Below the pieces are notes generated by a model, which saw only the letters and a program-made list of their open reading frames with translations, searched no databases and was not told the origin of the DNA. Below are positions 7,798-17,346 of a DNA stretch of 64,000 nt, piece by piece. Position 1 is the stretch's first letter; every line of letters starts with the position of its first letter. Origin of the DNA: an uncultured Bacillota bacterium (GTDB taxonomy: Bacteria; Bacillota_I; Bacilli_A; Erysipelotrichales; Erysipelotrichaceae). Position numbers and translations under genes: made by a program. The stretch is taken from positions 4,057 to 68,056 of the forward strand of contig CALFPO010000026.1 in assembly GCA_937919165.1 (NCBI GenBank), given 5' to 3'.

Positions 7798-9038
7798 AGA
7801 CGGTAATTATGGCTGGAGGAAAAGGAACAAGAATAAGTTCCGTTGCCTCTGATATCCCTAAGCCCATGATTAAGATAGATGGAAAGCCTGTTCTTGAACA
7901 CGAAATCGAGTGTCTGTATAAGCAGGGTTTCAATGACATCATAATCACCATTTCTCATCTTGGATATATCATTGAAGATTATTTTGGTGATGGATCAAGG
8001 TTTGGCGTAAATATTGAATATTTCAATGAGGAAAAACCATTAGGTAATGCTGGTGCGCTGTTTGAACTGAAAGATAAACTGACAGAAGACTTTCTGCTTT
8101 TGAATGCAGATAGTGTTTTTGATATTGATTTCAATCGTTTTGTTTCATATCACAAAGATAAAGGCGGATTGGCAACCCTATTTGTCCATCCAAATAGTCA
8201 TCCGTATGATTCGGGATTGATTGTTGCGAACAGCGATAATGAAGTTGTTTCATGGCTTAACAAAGAAGATGAAAGACCAAGATGGTACAAGAATTGCGTC
8301 AATGCAGGACTGCATATCCTTTCTCCTAAATTATTGGAGAATAGGCCAGAAGGCGAAAAGGTAGATCTTGATAGACAGGTATTGAAACCATTAAGTGGTA
8401 CAGGCAATATGCAAATTTATCCATCTCCAGAATACGTAAAAGATATGGGGACACCGGAAAGATACGAGCAGGTTTGTAAAGATTTCAAAAGCGGTCTGGT
8501 AAAGGAAAGAAATCTAGCCAATAAGCAGAAAGCCGTATTTCTTGATCGTGATGGAACCATAAACAGATATGTTGGATTCTTGAGAAACATTGATGATTTT
8601 GAATTGCTTGAAGATTCGGCAAAAGCAATCAGAAGAATAAACGAATCTGGATATCTATGTATTGTAGTTACCAATCAGCCAGTAATTGCTAGGGGCGATG
8701 TAACCTTTGATGAACTTGATGAAATCCATAATAAGATGGAAACTCTATTAGGCCTTGAAGGTGCATACCTTGATGGCATCTATTTCTGTCCGCATCATCC
8801 CGATAGCGGATTTGAAGGAGAGATAAAAGAACTTAAGATTGATTGCGATTGCCGCAAGCCAAAGCCAGGAATGTTGCTTAAGGCAGCTAAAGATTTTAAT
8901 ATTGATCTTGGCAGTTCGTATATGATTGGTGATGGCGATAATGACGTCAAAGCTGGTGAAGCTGCTGGTTGTAGAACCATAAAAATAGAAAGAGATGGAA
9001 ACTTATTGGATGCTGTAGAAAGCATCCTGAAAGGATAG
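7794..9038 (+). CDS. Fused D-glycero-D-manno-heptose 1-phosphate guanylyltransferase (HddC-like) and D,D-heptose 1,7-bisphosphate phosphatase (GmhB-like)
   Basis: N-terminal nucleotidyltransferase 'VIMAGGKGTRISS'. C-terminal HAD phosphatase with 'AVFLDRDGTINRY', 'CDCRKPKPGML' and 'MIGDGDNDVKAG' (GmhB signature). An ATGA overlap joins it to the yfhO stop. Confidence 0.8.
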   Translation: MKTVIMAGGKGTRISSVASDIPKPMIKIDGKPVLEHEIECLYKQGFNDIIITISHLGYIIEDYFGDGSRFGVNIEYFNEEKPLGNAGALFELKDKLTEDFLLLNADSVFDIDFNRFVSYHKDKGGLATLFVHPNSHPYDSGLIVANSDNEVVSWLNKEDERPRWYKNCVNAGLHILSPKLLENRPEGEKVDLDRQVLKPLSGTGNMQIYPSPEYVKDMGTPERYEQVCKDFKSGLVKERNLANKQKAVFLDRDGTINRYVGFLRNIDDFELLEDSAKAIRRINESGYLCIVVTNQPVIARGDVTFDELDEIHNKMETLLGLEGAYLDGIYFCPHHPDSGFEGEIKELKIDCDCRKPKPGMLLKAAKDFNIDLGSSYMIGDGDNDVKAGEAAGCRTIKIERDGNLLDAVESILKG

Positions 9039-9040
9039 AT

Positions 9041-9889
9041 ATGAAAATTGCTTTAGTAGGAAGTTCAGGATATATCTCGGGTTTCATAATTGATAGACTG
9101 AAAGACAGAAGTGATATTTTGAAGATTGATAAGAACGATGAAGCTGATGCTTATCTCGATCTGGAAAATGCTGTTGATTTCGATTATGACAAGTTGAATG
9201 GTATCGACTATGTAATCTTTCCTGCCGCTATTTCAAGTCCTGATTTATGTGAGAAAGAATATGATATGTGCTGGAGAATAAATGTCGGAGGAACAAAGAC
9301 ATTTATTGGCGAAGCTTTGAATAGAGGCTGCAAGACACTATTTTTTTCAAGTGATGCAGTGTTCGGAAGACATGAAGAAGAAACGTTTGATGAAGAATCG
9401 CCAACCGATGCATCTACAGCATATGGCAAGATGAAAAAAGCGATTGAAGATGAATTCAAGAAAAATAAGAACTTTAAGGCGATAAGATTGTCATATGTGG
9501 TTTCAAAGAAAGATAAATTCACAAAGTACTGTCTTAAGTGCATTGAGAGCGGAGAAACCGCTGAGATCTATGATCCGTTCTATAGAAACTGCATAACGAT
9601 AAATGATGTTTTAGATTGCATTGAATGGCTTATAGATAATTGGGAAGAATATGATCATACATTCCTAAATATCGCAGGAAGAGATCTTGTTGGAAGAGCA
9701 AATATCGCAAATGAATTGAACAGGTTATTCGATAATAAATTTAAATACGTTGTTGTGAATCCAGGAGAAGAATTCTATAGATGCAGGCCATCTGTTACAA
9801 GAATGAATAGCAAGTATCTGAGTGAATACGCAATACTCAAAGACGAATCATTTGTAGAAAAAATCAACAAGGAATTTAACGTCATATAA
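9041..9889 (+). CDS. NAD(P)-dependent SDR epimerase/reductase (candidate GDP-6-deoxy-4-keto-heptose 4-reductase)
   Basis: Rossmann 'KIALVGSSGYISGF' and YxxxK in 'STAYGKMKKAIE'. 282 aa, RmlD/DmhB-like size. The specific function is inferred from heptose-gene context only. Confidence 0.6.
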   Translation: MKIALVGSSGYISGFIIDRLKDRSDILKIDKNDEADAYLDLENAVDFDYDKLNGIDYVIFPAAISSPDLCEKEYDMCWRINVGGTKTFIGEALNRGCKTLFFSSDAVFGRHEEETFDEESPTDASTAYGKMKKAIEDEFKKNKNFKAIRLSYVVSKKDKFTKYCLKCIESGETAEIYDPFYRNCITINDVLDCIEWLIDNWEEYDHTFLNIAGRDLVGRANIANELNRLFDNKFKYVVVNPGEEFYRCRPSVTRMNSKYLSEYAILKDESFVEKINKEFNVI

Positions 9890-9927
9890 AGATATACATT
9901 GATTTAGAATTAATTAAAGAGGCTATT

Positions 9928-11025
9928 ATGACTGAGCAAGAATGTAAGACATTTTCCAAGAATGATACCTATGTTACAAAAGGTATTGCAATTCTTTTGA
10001 TGCTTTTCCATCATGTATTTTTTAACACTTTTGTTATCGATGGGGTTCATACAGAATTAACATTCATACTTCCTTCACTAACAAGACTATTGTGTAAATA
10101 TGGCAACGTTTGTGTAGCTATTTTTTCGACGCTTAGTGGCTACGGTATCTATAAGCAGTTAAAGAAATATGATTTAAAAGAAGTAATAGTAAAAAGAGAA
10201 ATAAAACTCTTGGGAACATATATTCCAATTTTTGTATTAAGTTCTTTGATTTATATAATTAACAATAATTCACCTAATGAGGGAGGCATAATTGCATATT
10301 TAACCATCTTTGGATTAGGGGAGTACAATTCTGTTTCTATCATTTTTAGAATTATCATAAATATGTTTGGCTTGAATGCATTATTTCATATGCCAACATT
10401 AAATCCGTCTTGGTGGTATCTAAGTGTTGCACACATTATAAATTTTGTTTTGCCTATTTTTATCAAAATAGCCGAATCAAAAAGAATAAAAAATGTAGTA
10501 TTGGCAATAATTGTAGTTTACTGCGCATATGTGACAAAAGACTCATATTCATACCAAGGCGGTTTTTCTTCGAATCTAATGGCATCATATTTCGGATACT
10601 ATATTGGCACAACCGAGATCTTTGAGAGAAGTAACAACATCACGAATTCTATTGCAGCGGCAATATTCTTTGCTTGTGCAACCTTGCTGGATGTAAGTCT
10701 TCTGGAAACACTTGATACATATTTTTGTTTTTCGATAATGGGCATCTGTTTGATGATTTTCGTTAAATACTTCCGTCCTATACACATAGAAATCATTGAA
10801 AAGCCGTTATCTTTTTTTGGAAAGCATTCTGGAACAATGTATATGATTCACAATTTTGTTATTGACTCATTTCTTCATTTTCCTATGAAGTATGCAGCGA
10901 TGGTGTATGTTTTGGTCTTGTTGGTAACCTTATTAATAAGTGCGGTAGTTGATAGGATTTTTGGTATGATGCCATACAAAAGATTTCTTAATAAAATGCA
11001 GAATAAAACAATAGATTCCTTTTAG
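9928..11025 (+). CDS. Membrane O-acyltransferase, AT3 family
   Basis: 365 aa and polytopic. 'GIAILLMLFHHVFF' is an AT3 N-terminal His block. RBS AAAGAGG lies upstream. Confidence 0.7.
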   Translation: MTEQECKTFSKNDTYVTKGIAILLMLFHHVFFNTFVIDGVHTELTFILPSLTRLLCKYGNVCVAIFSTLSGYGIYKQLKKYDLKEVIVKREIKLLGTYIPIFVLSSLIYIINNNSPNEGGIIAYLTIFGLGEYNSVSIIFRIIINMFGLNALFHMPTLNPSWWYLSVAHIINFVLPIFIKIAESKRIKNVVLAIIVVYCAYVTKDSYSYQGGFSSNLMASYFGYYIGTTEIFERSNNITNSIAAAIFFACATLLDVSLLETLDTYFCFSIMGICLMIFVKYFRPIHIEIIEKPLSFFGKHSGTMYMIHNFVIDSFLHFPMKYAAMVYVLVLLVTLLISAVVDRIFGMMPYKRFLNKMQNKTIDSF

Positions 11026-11062
11026 GTTTGTTGTTGGTCGAAACAGCACCGAAAACATAGTA

Positions 11063-11071
11063 TGGTATAAT
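11063..11071 (+). promoter_or_regulatory. Candidate extended -10 promoter (TGGTATAAT) for the gmhA-hddA-dehydratase unit
   Basis: A perfect TGnTATAAT sits in the 74-nt gap, about 29 nt upstream of ATG 11100. A purine-rich RBS (AGGAAGGAAAGGA) lies between them. Confidence 0.45.
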
Positions 11072-11099
11072 TTTTAGGAAGGAAAGGATTCTTTTTGTT

Positions 11100-11747
11100 A
11101 TGAGAAAAATTGTAAAACAGGAATTTGAGAACTTGTTTGAAAGATATCCTCAGCTTGAGGTTTGCAGAAAAGATATCGAGAAAGCATATAACTTATTACA
11201 AAAAACATACGACAACAATCACAAGCTTTTGATTGCCGGAAATGGCGGTTCAGCAGCTGATAGCGAACATATGGCCGGTGAGCTCATGAAGCGTTTTAAG
11301 GCTCCTAGGCCTATAGATAATGAATTAAGAAAGAAACTCATTAAAGTTGATAAGGAAATCGGTGAAAGATTGTCTAATGATTTGGAATCTCCTTTGAGAG
11401 CCGTTCCTTTGACATCGCATATATCCATTACTACAGCATACATGAATGATGCTGATGCTAAGGGTGTGTATGCACAACAGATGCTTGGTTTTGGCGATGA
11501 TGGTGATACATTCATCGGCATTTCTACTTCAGGCAATTCGGAGAACATCATCAATGCCTGCGTTGTTGCAAAGGCAATGGGAATCAAGATAATCGGATTG
11601 ACAGGAGAAAAAGAAAGCAAATTATCCAAGATGGCCGATATCTGCATAAGAGTTCCAGAGGCGGATACTTATAAAGTTCAGGAATTGCATCTTCCTATAT
11701 ATCATTGTCTATGCTTGATGCTGGAGAATAACTATTTTAGGAAATAA
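11100..11747 (+). CDS. gmhA: Sedoheptulose-7-phosphate isomerase (phosphoheptose isomerase)
   Basis: SIS domain with 'LLIAGNGGSAADSEHMAGELMKRF' and 'GISTSGNSENIINA'. Confidence 0.9.
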   Translation: MRKIVKQEFENLFERYPQLEVCRKDIEKAYNLLQKTYDNNHKLLIAGNGGSAADSEHMAGELMKRFKAPRPIDNELRKKLIKVDKEIGERLSNDLESPLRAVPLTSHISITTAYMNDADAKGVYAQQMLGFGDDGDTFIGISTSGNSENIINACVVAKAMGIKIIGLTGEKESKLSKMADICIRVPEADTYKVQELHLPIYHCLCLMLENNYFRK

Positions 11748-11749
11748 TC

Positions 11750-12760
11750 ATGATAATAACTAAGACCCCTTTCAGGATGTCCTTCTTTGGCGGAGGAACT
11801 GACATAAAAGAATTCTATGAGAAAAACGGCGGAGCAGTAATTTCTTCTACTTTTGATAAGTATGTATATGTGACTGTAAGACATCTTCCAAGATTTTTTG
11901 AATACAAGAATCAAGTAACCTATTCCAAGATTGAAAGAACCAATAACACTGAAGATATAGAACATCCAATGGTCAGAAATGCAATGAAGCATCTTGATAT
12001 GCATGAGTTGCTTATCCAATATGATGCCGATCTTCCTGCAAGGTCGGGTCTTGGAAGCAGCAGTTCTTTTGCTGTGGGTCTGATAAATGCCTTCTATGCC
12101 TTAAAGGGAAAGTATGCCGACAAGAGAAAGCTTGCGGATGATGCAATCTATGTTGAAAGAGAAATGTGCCAGGAATCAGGTGGTCTGCAAGATCAGATTG
12201 CTGCTTCATATGGTGGTCTGAACAGAATAGATTTCGATGAGAATGGCTATACTGTAACGCCAATAATCATTTCTCCTGAAAGAAAAGAAAAGCTCAATGA
12301 TAATCTGATGCTGTTCTTTACGGGATTCTCAAGATTCTCTGCCGATGTTCAGAAAGATACCAAGAAGAATATCGAGAAGAAGACTGAGATTCTTATGGAA
12401 ATGAAGAATATGGTTGATGAAGCAGAAAAGATTCTGGAAGATAAGACAAGAAATCTTAACGACTTTGGTAAGCTGATGGATAAGTCTTGGAAACTCAAAA
12501 GGGAAACAGGTTCCAAGATCAGCACAAACGAAATCGATAAGATATATGACAAAGCTATTGAGGCTGGTGCCTTAGGTGGAAAGCTGCTTGGTGCTGGCGG
12601 TGGCGGATTCATGCTGTTCTATGTGCCTAAAGTTAAACAGAAGAAGGTCAAGGAAGCATTGAATAATCTACTGTATGTTCCATTCAGATTCGAGAATCAG
12701 GGAACACAGATCATATACTACACACCTGAGCAGTTCAGTGTTGAAGGAGCGATGAAATGA
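11750..12760 (+). CDS. hddA: D-glycero-alpha-D-manno-heptose 7-phosphate kinase (GHMP kinase)
   Basis: 'TKTPFRMSFFGGGTDI' at the N-terminus and GHMP motif 'LPARSGLGSSSSFAVGL'. About 336 aa. Confidence 0.85.
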   Translation: MIITKTPFRMSFFGGGTDIKEFYEKNGGAVISSTFDKYVYVTVRHLPRFFEYKNQVTYSKIERTNNTEDIEHPMVRNAMKHLDMHELLIQYDADLPARSGLGSSSSFAVGLINAFYALKGKYADKRKLADDAIYVEREMCQESGGLQDQIAASYGGLNRIDFDENGYTVTPIIISPERKEKLNDNLMLFFTGFSRFSADVQKDTKKNIEKKTEILMEMKNMVDEAEKILEDKTRNLNDFGKLMDKSWKLKRETGSKISTNEIDKIYDKAIEAGALGGKLLGAGGGGFMLFYVPKVKQKKVKEALNNLLYVPFRFENQGTQIIYYTPEQFSVEGAMK

Positions 12761-13791
12761 CAAGAGCACTTATTACAGGAATAACCGGAATGGTTGGATC
12801 GCATCTATGCGATTTCTTGCTGGAGAATACCGATTGGGATGTATACGGCGTATGCCGTTGGAGAAGTCCGTTGGATAATGTTGAACATCTCTTGGAAAGA
12901 GTCAACAACAAAGATAGAGTGTTCTTTGATTATGCCGATCTCAATGATGAGATGTCGCTCATAACTGTAATCAAGAAGGTTAAGCCTGATTACGTATTTC
13001 ATCTGGCGGCTCAGTCATATCCTTTGACAAGCTTCACTGCGCCGATTGATACATTGAATACGAATATTTTGGGAACATGCAGATTGCTGGAAGCAATCCA
13101 TCTTGTTATGGAAGAAGAGAAGGAATACAAGCCTGTAATACATGTGTGTGCATCAAGCGAAGTATTCGGCAAGATTCCTGCAAGCGAAAAGCCTGCAAAC
13201 GGCATCAACGAAGAATGCCGTTTCCATCCGGCATCACCTTATGCAATCTCTAAAGTTGGAACCGATCTGCTTGGAAGATACTATGCTGAAGCATACGGCA
13301 TGACTGTCATGACGACAAGAATGTTTACCCATACCGGCCCAAGACGTGGCGATGTCTTCCATGAGTCAACATTCGCAAAGCAGATTGCAATGATTGAGGC
13401 AGGGCTCATTGAACCTAAGGTAATGGTTGGAAATCTTGATTCACTTAGAACATATGCCGATGTAAGAGATGCCGTCAGGGCATACTATATGCTTGTTACA
13501 TGCGATCCTGTTCCTGGTGAATACTACAATATCGGTGGTTCATATACATGCACAGTCGGCGATACATTAAGAACTCTGATGTCGTTCTCTGATATGAAGG
13601 ATAAGATTGAAGTTGTTACCGATCCAGAAAGATTAAGACCGATTGATGCTGATCTGCAGATCCCTGATTGCACAAAGTTCAAGGCCCATACTGGATGGGA
13701 GCCAAACATTCCATATGAGAAGACCATGAAGGATCTTTTGGATTACTGGAGAGCAAGAGTAAAGAAAGGCGAAGTATTCTTGACTAGATAA
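12757..13791 (+). CDS. GDP-D-glycero-D-manno-heptose 4,6-dehydratase (DmhA/WcbK-like; Gmd family)
   Basis: 'ALITGITGMVGSHLCDFLL' and YxxxK in 'PASPYAISKVG'. 344 aa. ATGA-coupled to hddA. Heptose specificity is inferred from context. Confidence 0.7.
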   Translation: MTRALITGITGMVGSHLCDFLLENTDWDVYGVCRWRSPLDNVEHLLERVNNKDRVFFDYADLNDEMSLITVIKKVKPDYVFHLAAQSYPLTSFTAPIDTLNTNILGTCRLLEAIHLVMEEEKEYKPVIHVCASSEVFGKIPASEKPANGINEECRFHPASPYAISKVGTDLLGRYYAEAYGMTVMTTRMFTHTGPRRGDVFHESTFAKQIAMIEAGLIEPKVMVGNLDSLRTYADVRDAVRAYYMLVTCDPVPGEYYNIGGSYTCTVGDTLRTLMSFSDMKDKIEVVTDPERLRPIDADLQIPDCTKFKAHTGWEPNIPYEKTMKDLLDYWRARVKKGEVFLTR

Positions 13792-13792
13792 T

Positions 13793-14803
13793 ATGGGAAA
13801 GAAACTGATAATACTGTCTGAACAGAAGTCTTATATCAAGAAGTCTGCAAGTGCTCCTCAGGTCGATGGACAGGAGAGAGGCTTTTTGAAGTATGGAAAT
13901 GGTGAAGTTGACATCAAATACAAAAGCATCATTTTGAAGAACATAAACAGATTCACATCTAAGCTGCATATGCCTCTGTTATGCGATTCGTTTACTAAGA
14001 AGAAATATGAGAATTCTGTTTTCATCCATATCTCGGTGAATCTGAACTATCTCGAAGACAACGTTCATCTATTGAAGGAACTCAAGAAACATGGCAATGA
14101 GGTTGCCTTGTACTGCTACGATTGCTGGGAACCTGAATTCGAGGAATGGAGAAAGGTGATCGATGAAATCAATCCGGATTATCTGTTCTTTGCTTACAAG
14201 CTTACGGATGAGTATTATCGCAAAAATGGATACAACAGCTATTGGGTACCGTTGAGTGCTGATTATGAAGTGTTCAAATATAAAGACAAGCCTAGAACAA
14301 GAATGTTCATGCAGATGGGAAGATTCAACAAAGATATCCATTCTAGCATCCTCAAATATTTAGAGAATCATAATCTTGAGGACAATCGTGATAACTATGC
14401 ATACCGTCGCGACAGGAATGAGACGCTCTATCCTGAATTGAGCGATTTGGTAGATGCCATTAATGAGACAAAATACTTTGTGTGCATTCCAAAGTTCTAT
14501 GAGAACTTCAAGCGCACCGGAAATGTCAACGACATAATCTGCCGCTATTTTGAAGGTATGATCTGCAAGACGATGATTATCGGCAAGAAGCCAGAGACCT
14601 GGTCAGAACTGATGCCAGAAGATGCAATGATCACTTTTGAAGATGATTATTCTGACTTTGATGAGAAGATCGAATTCTTTGAGAAGAATCCCGACAAGTA
14701 TCAGGAGATTGTTGATAGGAATTATGACTATATTCTTAAGCACCATAGTTGGGGCAATAGATTGGAAACTATACTGAAGGCAATCAATGATGGCAAACAA
14801 TAA
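13793..14803 (+). CDS. Putative glycosyltransferase (CgeB / Glyco_trans_1_2-like C-terminal region)
   Basis: The C-terminal 'RYFEGMICKTMIIGKKPE...FFEKNPDKYQEI...ILKHHSW' resembles CgeB-type GT-B C-terminal halves. The assignment is weak. Confidence 0.35.
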   Translation: MGKKLIILSEQKSYIKKSASAPQVDGQERGFLKYGNGEVDIKYKSIILKNINRFTSKLHMPLLCDSFTKKKYENSVFIHISVNLNYLEDNVHLLKELKKHGNEVALYCYDCWEPEFEEWRKVIDEINPDYLFFAYKLTDEYYRKNGYNSYWVPLSADYEVFKYKDKPRTRMFMQMGRFNKDIHSSILKYLENHNLEDNRDNYAYRRDRNETLYPELSDLVDAINETKYFVCIPKFYENFKRTGNVNDIICRYFEGMICKTMIIGKKPETWSELMPEDAMITFEDDYSDFDEKIEFFEKNPDKYQEIVDRNYDYILKHHSWGNRLETILKAINDGKQ

Positions 14804-15812
14804 GAAGCTTAATTTGGGGTTATGCATATTGAAGGCCTGGATGGCTTTGGAAGTGCTTCTGGTTCACAGATGCGACTTTTCTGATTATCCCAATGCAGTC
14901 TTTCATTTCTTGAAAATTGTTGGACCAAGAAGTGTTCCGATCTTTTTCATCATCTCTTTCTATTTTTCTGAAAGCCTGATTGTGAAGAATAATCTGGATA
15001 AGTTCAAGTCAAGACTGCTGAGGCTATGGATACCTCAGGTTGGATGGGCAATCATATGCTGGCTGGGCTATGTAGTTATTGAGATAGTTTGTATGCATTA
15101 TCTGCAGCTAAATCTATATGATTTGTTGTTGGCAATTGTTTTTGGCTGCCGAAATGGTGTCAATCAGACCATGTGGTTCCAGCTTGTAATGATCATCTTA
15201 ACAGTCTTCTATTTCTATCTGTTTAAGCTATTGGGCGAAAAGAAGGGCATGATTGCGACATATATCACTTTCGCGATTGCGATCATTCTGCAGGCTACAG
15301 GATGGAACTATGATCATCTGTGCAACCTGACTTTTGAACTGAATAATACAGTCGGCAACATCTTCCAGATGATGCCTTATGCATGCCTTGGATTATGGTT
15401 CAAGCATTTCAACATCTTTGAAAGATTCAAGGATAAGAGAGTCATTATCTGTGTTATCTTTACTGTTTTGCTGTTTGTGGGCATTGCCATTCCATATCCT
15501 GCATTCAAGGGATTCTTTGAAGGCTTTGACCCAATGCATATGTCAATCTGTCTATTCATTATTTTTTTGTTCCTTCCATTGGATGATGTTTCAGATAGAA
15601 CAAGAAACATAATCATGAAGGCTACAAGATATACGCTTGGCGTATATGCAGCACATCGTTTGGTTTACAGCTATCTGGACATTATCTATGATCTGCTGAA
15701 TATCAGTTTTGGCAGCTTCACAAAATGCATCATCACATATCTTGTATGTTATCTGGTTTCATGGATTATCGATAGGATTCCTAATAAGTACATAAAAGGA
15801 TTGGTTGACTAG
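14787..15812 (+). CDS. Membrane O-acyltransferase, AT3 family
   Basis: Polytopic, with 'LEVLLVHRCDF' and 'SVPIFFIISFYF' blocks. Overlaps the upstream gene by 17 nt. Confidence 0.7.
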   Translation: MMANNKKLNLGLCILKAWMALEVLLVHRCDFSDYPNAVFHFLKIVGPRSVPIFFIISFYFSESLIVKNNLDKFKSRLLRLWIPQVGWAIICWLGYVVIEIVCMHYLQLNLYDLLLAIVFGCRNGVNQTMWFQLVMIILTVFYFYLFKLLGEKKGMIATYITFAIAIILQATGWNYDHLCNLTFELNNTVGNIFQMMPYACLGLWFKHFNIFERFKDKRVIICVIFTVLLFVGIAIPYPAFKGFFEGFDPMHMSICLFIIFLFLPLDDVSDRTRNIIMKATRYTLGVYAAHRLVYSYLDIIYDLLNISFGSFTKCIITYLVCYLVSWIIDRIPNKYIKGLVD

Positions 15813-15819
15813 TTTTGGC

Positions 15820-17346
15820 ATGAAAAAGAATAGAACCAAGAACATTGCAATCACAATTGGCATGAGCTTGCTGAGCGAGGGCGTCGCACTCATCTGTGGC
15901 CTTGTTTTGCCGAATATGATCCTTACAACATTTGGATCTGCTTATAACGGCATCACTCAGTCTATATCCCAATTCATCTCATATATATCTCTCATGAAAG
16001 CAGGAATAGGAGGGGCTACTGCTGTAGCTCTTTACAAGCCTTTGGCTGAGAACGACACAAGAGAGATAAGTGAAGTTCTGGCGTCAACCGAGAAATTCAT
16101 GAGAAAGATCTCTTTGATTTTCTTGGCTTTCATAATTGGCCTGTCGATTGTCTATCCGACATTCATCGTCAAGGACTACGATTGGTGGTTTACTGCCTCG
16201 CTGATATTTATCATTTCGCTTTCAACTTTTGGGCAATATTATTTTGGCTTTACCTATCAGACACTGTTGAGTGCCGACCAGAAGGATTACATAACAGCAT
16301 TGCTGGAAATAACGACAATAGTCTTGAATACCATTGTTGCGGTAATCCTGATGAACAACAATTTTTCCTTGCATATCGTCAAGCTTGGAAGTTCGCTGGT
16401 CAATCTGATTCCGCCTATCTTCTTGTATATCTATTGTCATAAGAAATATAAGCTGATAAAGGGAATCAAGCCAAGCGAAGACAAGATTCCGCAGAAGTGG
16501 GATGCGGCAGCTCATGAGGTTGCATCGTTCATAAATAACAATACGGATGTTGTAATTCTTACTCTGTTCTCTTCAATGACCGAGATTTCCGTATATACCG
16601 TATACCATTACGTTATCGCCAATCTCAAGAAGATTGTGACCAGATTCACTGTTGGATTCGGAGCTGCGTTCGGTGACATGTATGCCAGAAACGAAATAGA
16701 GGCAATGCATAAGAACCTCGGAATCTTCGAATTGCTGATATACTCATTCACATCGATCCTTTATTCCGTGACCCTTGTGATGATGATACCGTTTGTTTCG
16801 ATCTATACGATCAAGGTTACTGATGCAAACTACATCAGACCTCTTTTCTCCTTTTTCCTTGTCATAGGTGGAGTCTTCAACTGCTTTAGAGTTCCATATC
16901 GTGCAATAACAATTGCTGCTGGCCATTATAAGCAGACAAGAAACGGAGCCATAATGGAAGCCGTAATCAATATAGCCATTTCTGTTACATGTGTTATTCT
17001 GTTTGGCCTTATCGGTGTTGCAATCGGCTCTATGTGTGCTATGATCTTCAGGACCCTGCAGTATGTTCTTTATTTATCCAAGAACATCATGAATAGAGAC
17101 GTCGAATACTTCTTGAGGCATGCATTGCTATGCTTTGCAATCATGGGCGTTGTTTATGTGGTTGCGCAGCTGTACATTCCTGCATCCATGACTAACTGGT
17201 ATACTTGGATCGTTTATGCAGCTATTACAACGCTGATAGCTTCGGCTTTGACGATAGGAACAGATTTTTTGTTCTATAAGGAAGACACCCTGAATTTCCT
17301 TAGAAAGATAAAGGGAATTTTCTTCAGAAAGAAAAAGGAAGCATAG
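15820..17346 (+). CDS. wzx: Wzx-type oligosaccharide flippase (MOP superfamily)
   Basis: About 508 aa with at least 12 hydrophobic helices. The N-terminus 'NIAITIGMSLLSEGVALICGLVLPNMILTTFGSAYNGI' is typical of polysaccharide biosynthesis (PST) proteins. The track start 15805 is a TTG; ATG at 15820. Confidence 0.75.
   Translation: MKKNRTKNIAITIGMSLLSEGVALICGLVLPNMILTTFGSAYNGITQSISQFISYISLMKAGIGGATAVALYKPLAENDTREISEVLASTEKFMRKISLIFLAFIIGLSIVYPTFIVKDYDWWFTASLIFIISLSTFGQYYFGFTYQTLLSADQKDYITALLEITTIVLNTIVAVILMNNNFSLHIVKLGSSLVNLIPPIFLYIYCHKKYKLIKGIKPSEDKIPQKWDAAAHEVASFINNNTDVVILTLFSSMTEISVYTVYHYVIANLKKIVTRFTVGFGAAFGDMYARNEIEAMHKNLGIFELLIYSFTSILYSVTLVMMIPFVSIYTIKVTDANYIRPLFSFFLVIGGVFNCFRVPYRAITIAAGHYKQTRNGAIMEAVINIAISVTCVILFGLIGVAIGSMCAMIFRTLQYVLYLSKNIMNRDVEYFLRHALLCFAIMGVVYVVAQLYIPASMTNWYTWIVYAAITTLIASALTIGTDFLFYKEDTLNFLRKIKGIFFRKKKEA

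Noticed and set aside
10410-10625. Alternative-frame + strand ORFs inside genes (10410-10625, 15379-15612, 16182-16442, 33289-33486, 50374-50682).
   Set aside because: They are embedded in longer ORFs that carry clear membrane-protein or enzyme signatures. Their own translations are Cys/Arg-rich, atypical text with no start context.
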